The position numbers were made by a program, and so were the translations under genes. From a virus (Duplodnaviria > Caudoviricetes): a stretch of DNA of 61,355 nt. Shown piece after piece: positions 56,098 to 61,355 of this stretch; position 1 is the stretch's first letter, and each line of letters begins with the position of its first letter. The notes under the pieces are model-generated. The model saw nothing but the letters and a program-made list of their open reading frames with translations. It was not told the DNA's origin and ran no database searches. The stretch spans positions 1 through 61,355 of IMG/VR virus record IMGVR_UViG_3300037180_000072. One strand, written 5' to 3'.

Positions 56098-58011
56098 TTA
56101 ACCGCACACGATCCCGGACCCGCATCCTCCATCCGAATAGTCGTCACTTGGCTGCGCCGATTCGTTCAATTTCCGCAGCCAATTCGCGGTCGTGACGATT
56201 TGCGGTGGGTTCTCGAATTGGTACCCTGTCGGAACCGTAACCACCATCCCCAAGCAATCCGCAAAATCGTCATGGCGCCCCAACTTCGGCCATTTCACAA
56301 GCTGCTGTACCAGTGTCGCGTAGCCTGGCATGCCGCCGTAGAGCCATAAACGCTGGTTTCCGAGCGGGCCTTTTATCGAACCGATGCGCGTTAGCTTGGC
56401 GTTGTTGGTTTGAGGTATTTTTTCCCACTGAAGAGGGATTCTTTGAATGCCTTTTTCTGCGGCATACGTGGTGATCACATTGTTATAGGCTTCCCACCCG
56501 CTAAACCTTTCGTAAAATATGTAGTCAGGCCGGTGTTTCAGCAGTACGTTGACTGTATTTTCTGCAACTTGCTGAGAGTCCCAGTGGCCGAAGAGGCAAT
56601 CAAAGACATAGATGCGTCCTTGGAAGACGCGGCACACAAACAGCACTGAATTATCCCGGCCTGCTTGAGCCACGTAGGCTAAATCTCCGACCACGAAAGT
56701 TTTTGATTGTGAGTACGGTGGAATTTGAGTTAACTCGTGTAAAGTTTGGCCGCCGATGAGTGTTTCGGTGAAAGTTTGGGCACCTTCCGCGATAGGTAGG
56801 TTGCAGTATTGACAAGCGAAGAATTCCTCCCCCAGCCTAATTTTTTCACCCTCAAGAAACTCCAGCGTATGCCCGATGGACCGACCGTCCAATGTTCGCG
56901 TTTGCGGAAACAGAACACCCTTCGAACCGTTGGTTTGAAACCCTGGACAATTGCACCCAGATACAGTGCATGGCGGCTGACTTACATTTTTTTCGTAGTC
57001 ATGGTACACGTCGGTGTGCGGGCAATTGGCGCAACCATGCGACCAGCAATCTCGAATCGAGAATTTCCAGATGGTGCGCCCAATTAACTGCCCTTCTTCT
57101 TTGGCCGCATCCTGAATTCTTTCGTAGGTGTCGCCGAAACTGTATCGCGTGCCCGTTACGACAATGAATCCGCTAGGCTCAAGTAGCGGGCAAATGCTGA
57201 GATAGTCCTCGTAGCACTTTTCCAGAGTTTTTACGCTGCGGAAGTTTTGCTCGTTTACCAAGTCGTCGATGTAGATGAGGTCAAAGTGCGATCCCGCTTT
57301 AACCGACTTCGCAGTAGAAATTGCAAACGTAGGTTCGGCGAAAATATCACTGGTGCGCGCGGGTACAGTGAACTCGTGAGCGTTGCCCATTTTGCATAAT
57401 TCATCTGACCACGCACGAGGATCGAGATCGTCCTGAATTTGTCGATTTCTGACACTTTTCAGACAAAACTCAGGAAATAGAAATTTGAAACGATCCGTAG
57501 GTCGCTCGAACACCCGTTTCACGCGGGCCAATTGGCGCTTGGCAAGCTGGTCTCCGCCGGTCAGGAAACAAATACGCACATTGGGATAGTTCAGGATGGT
57601 TTGAACGATGTCCACAACGATGGCCGAAGTCTTAAAGAGCCCCCTGCTCCACAGTATCATTCTTTTCTTGGTCAGTACGTCCAGGTCGGACAGAACAAGA
57701 CCCTCCCCTGGCCGCTTCTGCAAAAACCGGCTGAACAATTGCGAGTGAGGATCGTTTTGAAAATCCATCCCAAGGATCGGGATGTGCTCTTTCGGTTTGT
57801 CTGGTTCGGCACCCTCGTCGTCTACATACCCACTCAAGTACAAGTGCCAGCGCAGACACTTATACCTTTCCCGGAACCATTTCTTCTTTTTTTCTTCGGG
57901 CCAGCCCTCGAAGAATTTTAGAAATTTTTTGGGAAAATTAGCAAGGGCTACCGAGTCCCGGTATTTTTGCAGAAGAATGGGATCGACTTCGAAGATGGGA
58001 TTCGTAGGCAT
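56098..58011 (-). CDS. terL: terminase large subunit
   Basis: SRGLFKT Walker A variant; GSHFDLIYIDD Walker B; GTRY; FACQY; DLAY, RHDDFAD nuclease motifs. Confidence 0.88.
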   Translation of the reverse strand: MPTNPIFEVDPILLQKYRDSVALANFPKKFLKFFEGWPEEKKKKWFRERYKCLRWHLYLSGYVDDEGAEPDKPKEHIPILGMDFQNDPHSQLFSRFLQKRPGEGLVLSDLDVLTKKRMILWSRGLFKTSAIVVDIVQTILNYPNVRICFLTGGDQLAKRQLARVKRVFERPTDRFKFLFPEFCLKSVRNRQIQDDLDPRAWSDELCKMGNAHEFTVPARTSDIFAEPTFAISTAKSVKAGSHFDLIYIDDLVNEQNFRSVKTLEKCYEDYLSICPLLEPSGFIVVTGTRYSFGDTYERIQDAAKEEGQLIGRTIWKFSIRDCWSHGCANCPHTDVYHDYEKNVSQPPCTVSGCNCPGFQTNGSKGVLFPQTRTLDGRSIGHTLEFLEGEKIRLGEEFFACQYCNLPIAEGAQTFTETLIGGQTLHELTQIPPYSQSKTFVVGDLAYVAQAGRDNSVLFVCRVFQGRIYVFDCLFGHWDSQQVAENTVNVLLKHRPDYIFYERFSGWEAYNNVITTYAAEKGIQRIPLQWEKIPQTNNAKLTRIGSIKGPLGNQRLWLYGGMPGYATLVQQLVKWPKLGRHDDFADCLGMVVTVPTGYQFENPPQIVTTANWLRKLNESAQPSDDYSDGGCGSGIVCG

Positions 58012-58047
58012 GGCTCGGGCTGCTCCCCTCGCGCGGGTAAGAAGAAA

Positions 58048-58272
58048 TTATTTTCCGATTCCGGCGGTCAACTTATTGGTCGCGTAGTGAATCGTACTGA
58101 ATGTCGTTATCCCAGCGAACGTAACCGCGTCCGGCCACAGGTGGGTGTGGATAAGCATGTACCAAACCCAACTGATGGACGCCAAAGTGCAAATTGCACT
58201 CAGCGCTCGGGCAGAACTGGGATCAAAATCGGGCGATCCCTCGGAAAATGCTTTCGCCAACCACGTAAACAC
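58048..58272 (-). CDS. small two-TM protein, holin candidate
   Basis: FSE..PSSAR followed by two hydrophobic helices. Confidence 0.45.
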   Translation of the reverse strand: MFTWLAKAFSEGSPDFDPSSARALSAICTLASISWVWYMLIHTHLWPDAVTFAGITTFSTIHYATNKLTAGIGK

Positions 58273-58288
58273 GACTCGGTTCCTCTAA

Positions 58289-58306
58289 TATGGTTGGATA
58301 AGTCTT
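58289..58306 (-). promoter_or_regulatory. phage late-promoter motif copy 12 (AAGACTTATCCAACCATA)
   Basis: Consensus match 17 nt upstream of ORF 58272. Confidence 0.75.
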
Positions 58307-58315
58307 TTTACGAGT

Positions 58316-59182
58316 TTAGTTGACGGATATAGTGGCCGCCGGTCCCAAAACATATGCGGTCCCGCCCGGCACAAGCGCGGCAGCCTGGCAGGAAGTGGTG
58401 CCCGATGGTATCGGCTGCATCAGATAGCTTGACGCGGTAAAAGGTGCGCCATTCACCAAAATTGATGGGCCGCCGGGCAGGCTACAATACAAATTGAAGA
58501 GCGTGCCCGTGGGAAACGGATTAGCGATGCTGGCGACCGGGTTGACCGTGATGGTCAAGGTAGGCGCAACGGGCGGCGGTGCCGTGGTAACAGTGAAAGG
58601 TACCCCGACAGATGTAACCGATGGTGACGATCCCGTCAATTCGTTGGAGAATACCGAGGTGCCTGTCGCCACCACGACTCCCCCAGACATACACCCGCCA
58701 GGGGGACACGAACTTGTCACGGCATACACGTAAGCAAAGCCGTTAGGGGTGGTCACGACGACATTTCCGGTTATGGCTCCGATGGGCACGGTTACGACGA
58801 TAGACGTAGCACTCCACGATGATACGATGGCCGGGGTGGCGTTGAATGCGACGGTTCCCTGCGCGACGCCGAAACCAGTGCCTGTAATCGTAACCGTCGA
58901 TCCAACGGGCGCAGATGATATACTGAGACTGCTGATCACCGGAGGAACGGAGACCACAGTCGAGTCAGTAAACGTCAGGCCAGGAATTAGCGTAGTGTTG
59001 AGCGGAGTGAAGGCGGATGCGGGCGGGATGGAGCCAGTGTAGATCGCCCGCTCAACCGTGTACCCAGCGATGCCGGGCGTCGGAGAGTTACCCCAATTGA
59101 GCGTGACACTCTGGCCGAACATCACTGGAGTCACGACTAAGCATGCAAGAATTGCAAAGAAAATCTTCGGTACTCGGTTCAT
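58316..59182 (-). CDS. secreted FN3 / IPT-TIG domain protein
   Basis: Start MNRVPKIFFAILACLVVTPVMFG-Q; SVTLNW..IAGYTV; GSTVTITGTGFG..SWSATSIVVTVP (IPT/TIG). Confidence 0.7.
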   Translation of the reverse strand: MNRVPKIFFAILACLVVTPVMFGQSVTLNWGNSPTPGIAGYTVERAIYTGSIPPASAFTPLNTTLIPGLTFTDSTVVSVPPVISSLSISSAPVGSTVTITGTGFGVAQGTVAFNATPAIVSSWSATSIVVTVPIGAITGNVVVTTPNGFAYVYAVTSSCPPGGCMSGGVVVATGTSVFSNELTGSSPSVTSVGVPFTVTTAPPPVAPTLTITVNPVASIANPFPTGTLFNLYCSLPGGPSILVNGAPFTASSYLMQPIPSGTTSCQAAALVPGGTAYVLGPAATISVN

Positions 59183-59198
59183 ATATCGCTCCTCAGTT

Positions 59199-60308
59199 TT
59201 ACTTAACTGCCAAAATCCCTTCCAGAAATTGATAGCCGTTGGTTTTTGTGAATGTGCCGGAGACGACGCCTGCCGCCGATGCCGTGTAGCCAGCAACTAG
59301 GAACGAAGTGTTGTTCCCCAGCAAACTGGATTGACTCAACACTGAGTAAGGCGTGACCGCCGAATAAGTTTCCGCGGATCCTTCTTGCTGCTGCCCGTAC
59401 AGCACAAGATCGTTTGCGGTTGAAGTTGTAATGTTGCCCGTTGAGCAAGATGTGCAGTTGGTTGTGTTGTTGTTATAGACGGGGTTCATCCCGCCATCGG
59501 GGCCGATTGAGTTGGCTTCGTATGGGAACACGGCGACATTGGCGCTCGCCGAATATTTTGCAGACACTATGCAAGACCCACTCACCGTAATGTTTGCGGA
59601 ATACCACTGGGCCACCGCGCTACTGGATATGGCCCCTACGCCGACAGCGCTGAAGGCTCCGACCGTGGCGGTTCCAGCACATGATGGCGTGGAAATAACC
59701 CCACCGCCTCCTGACGCAATTACTAACACGTACGCTATATTCCCGGCGGTAACATTCAACGGATATGCACAAGACACTGTGCCGCCACTGGTATAGGTGG
59801 AGCAACTTGCGGCCAAGGGATGGGCGAGGGTGGGTTGAACAGGTAACCTAGCGCTCGATGGTTCGTTTACGGTCAGAGACAAACTAATCGGAGGTAGGGG
59901 CGCCGAAGGTGCGGTAGCCGGAATAAAAACTGCAACCGAGCTCGACGGCAAACTCGTGCCCGTGGCGACAACGGAGGTGCCGTTATTGCATCCGTTTGGT
60001 GGGCACGTCACTTCTATTTCGTAAACAAAATTGCCTGGGCCGGAGTTATCCACGTAAGACAATGCCGTGATTGGGGGATTGCCGATTGGCGAGAAGGTTC
60101 CCGGCGCGGAGCAAAAGCCGTTGGAGATTCCCCCACCTGCGGTTGGAGTGCCGCCAGTGACCGCTACGGTACAGGGTGCGCGAAGCGGGATATATCCCGC
60201 AATGCCTGGGGTGACGGACGCGGAATACGTCAGCGTTGCTTGTGCGTGGACCGAGCCCACAATAGCCAAGCTCGTCAGTGCCAACACCAGTGCGCGAAAC
60301 GCTTTCAT
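59199..60308 (-). CDS. secreted Cys-rich FN3-like adhesin-type protein
   Basis: MKAFRALVLALTSLAIVGSVHA-Q signal peptide; paired cysteines; paralogous to 58316..59182. Confidence 0.7.
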   Translation of the reverse strand: MKAFRALVLALTSLAIVGSVHAQATLTYSASVTPGIAGYIPLRAPCTVAVTGGTPTAGGGISNGFCSAPGTFSPIGNPPITALSYVDNSGPGNFVYEIEVTCPPNGCNNGTSVVATGTSLPSSSVAVFIPATAPSAPLPPISLSLTVNEPSSARLPVQPTLAHPLAASCSTYTSGGTVSCAYPLNVTAGNIAYVLVIASGGGGVISTPSCAGTATVGAFSAVGVGAISSSAVAQWYSANITVSGSCIVSAKYSASANVAVFPYEANSIGPDGGMNPVYNNNTTNCTSCSTGNITTSTANDLVLYGQQQEGSAETYSAVTPYSVLSQSSLLGNNTSFLVAGYTASAAGVVSGTFTKTNGYQFLEGILAVK

Positions 60309-60318
60309 CGATATTACC

Positions 60319-61355
60319 TCATGGTACGCTTACGAAAAATCCCGTCGCGGGCGCCGGGGTGGACGAGCTAGAGTTGATGATATACGCCGCACTCGCTACT
60401 GATCCGTCACTGTACCCGGTCCCGCCATTTATGGCTTTGACCGTCTCACTCGCGGCGACCGAGATGGCCGTTGAGTAAAGAGTACCAGTTGTGCAGCCAC
60501 TGGTTCCGTTTGTTGCCGGGGTCGCACCATTGACAGTATAGCATATGACTGGTGCGGAACCCGATACACTGATGGTGACGCTTTGGGCACCAGTATAGGT
60601 TCCAGCTACGGGGCTAAAAGTGGGTAACGCTCCGGTACCGTTGATGACATACGCGGCGCTTCCGACCGAGCCGTCTACATAGCCCGTTCCGCCGTTGATT
60701 GCCTTAACGGTTTCACTTGACGCCACCGATATTGCAGTGGTGTACAAAGTGCCGGTGGTGCAGCCCGAGGTGCCGTTCGTCACAGGCGTTGATCCGTTCA
60801 CGGTGTAGCAAATTACCGGCGCGGACCCAGTAACACTGATGGTGACGCTTTGGGTGCCCGTGTAGGTTCCAGCCACGGGACTGAATGTCGGCGTGGCCCC
60901 GGTGGCGTTAATCGTATAAGTGGCGCTGCCGACAGCGCCGTCGAAGTATCCCGTGCCACCATTGATGGCTTTGACGGTCTCGCTGGCGGACACGGAGATT
61001 GCAGTCGTGTATAGCGTGCCTGTAGTGCAGCCGCTGGTTCCGTTGGTCGCCGGAGTTGCGCCGTTGGTGGTGTAGCAAATAACCGGGGCCGATCCGGTTA
61101 CGCTTATCGTAACACTTTGCGTACCAACATACATTCCGCCCACTGGGCTGAATGTCGGTGTAGCACCCACGTTGCCTGCTGGATCGTTCTCGTAAACTCG
61201 CTCATCAAACTGCCGCACATCGGGGAATAGCATCGCGCCGCCCGCGCAGCTACCGGGATTTGAAGCCAGCGCATATTCCACTGACGTAGTAGTGGAAGTT
61301 GTGATAAACACTTCCGCGCCCGTTGGCGTCCCTGCCCCGCTTGTGGCGCACGCGC
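60319..61355 (-). CDS. chitobiase/CHB_HEX_C repeat protein (5'-truncated by the window edge)
   Basis: Three repeats GATPTFSPVxGxYxGxQSVTISxxGSAPVICYTxNGxTP..GCTTGTLY..ETVKAI. Confidence 0.7.
   Translation of the reverse strand, partial: ACATSGAGTPTGAEVFITTSTTTSVEYALASNPGSCAGGAMLFPDVRQFDERVYENDPAGNVGATPTFSPVGGMYVGTQSVTISVTGSAPVICYTTNGATPATNGTSGCTTGTLYTTAISVSASETVKAINGGTGYFDGAVGSATYTINATGATPTFSPVAGTYTGTQSVTISVTGSAPVICYTVNGSTPVTNGTSGCTTGTLYTTAISVASSETVKAINGGTGYVDGSVGSAAYVINGTGALPTFSPVAGTYTGAQSVTISVSGSAPVICYTVNGATPATNGTSGCTTGTLYSTAISVAASETVKAINGGTGYSDGSVASAAYIINSSSSTPAPATGFFVSVP

Noticed and set aside
37805-58011. Inteins in the polymerase, RecA or terminase
   Set aside because: Protein lengths are normal and no C...HN-[CST] splice motifs were seen; the TerL insertion is too short
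60319-61180. Near-identical ~260-bp repeats as a possible DGR template/variable repeat or CRISPR array
   Set aside because: They are in-frame protein domain repeats with mostly synonymous differences; there is no adenine-specific pattern, reverse transcriptase, spacers or cas genes
114-61311. Numerous plus-strand ORFs in the ORF track
   Set aside because: They are antisense shadows of long minus-strand genes with no RBS or recognisable motifs

Overview
Almost all of this window looks like a tailed dsDNA phage genome, with nearly every gene on the minus strand. The podovirus-like layout is inferred from the adaptor, nozzle and ejection-type genes and the lack of a tape-measure or tail-tube gene. 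Read in transcription order (right to left) it contains: secreted-looking Ig/CHB-repeat adhesins, terminase, portal, scaffold, a major capsid gene split by an ORF-less group I intron and flanked by endonuclease-VII-type homing nucleases, two tRNAs, a replication/recombination block (RecA, family-A DNA polymerase, Erf, SSB, exonuclease, primase-helicase), a SleB-type lysin, three glycosyltransferase-like genes, tail adaptor/spike/nozzle genes and ejection proteins. Non-gene signals read directly from the sequence: (1) an 18-bp motif AAGACTTWTYNNNCCATA in 12 copies ahead of late genes and the tRNAs; (2) a 529-bp transposase-less cassette with 22-bp inverted repeats and an 8-bp target duplication carrying one DUF1643-like gene; (3) a plus-strand, sigma70-driven, ~350-nt structured non-coding locus that starts with a tRNA-like domain; (4) a synonymously recoded tandem copy of the capsid C-terminus next to a homing nuclease; (5) an atypical long-variable-arm tRNA(CAU); (6) a nozzle protein split mid-domain into two coupled ORFs; (7) Sec signal peptides on tail-spike-like proteins. 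All family assignments come from motif recognition by eye, not database searches. The host is not determinable here.
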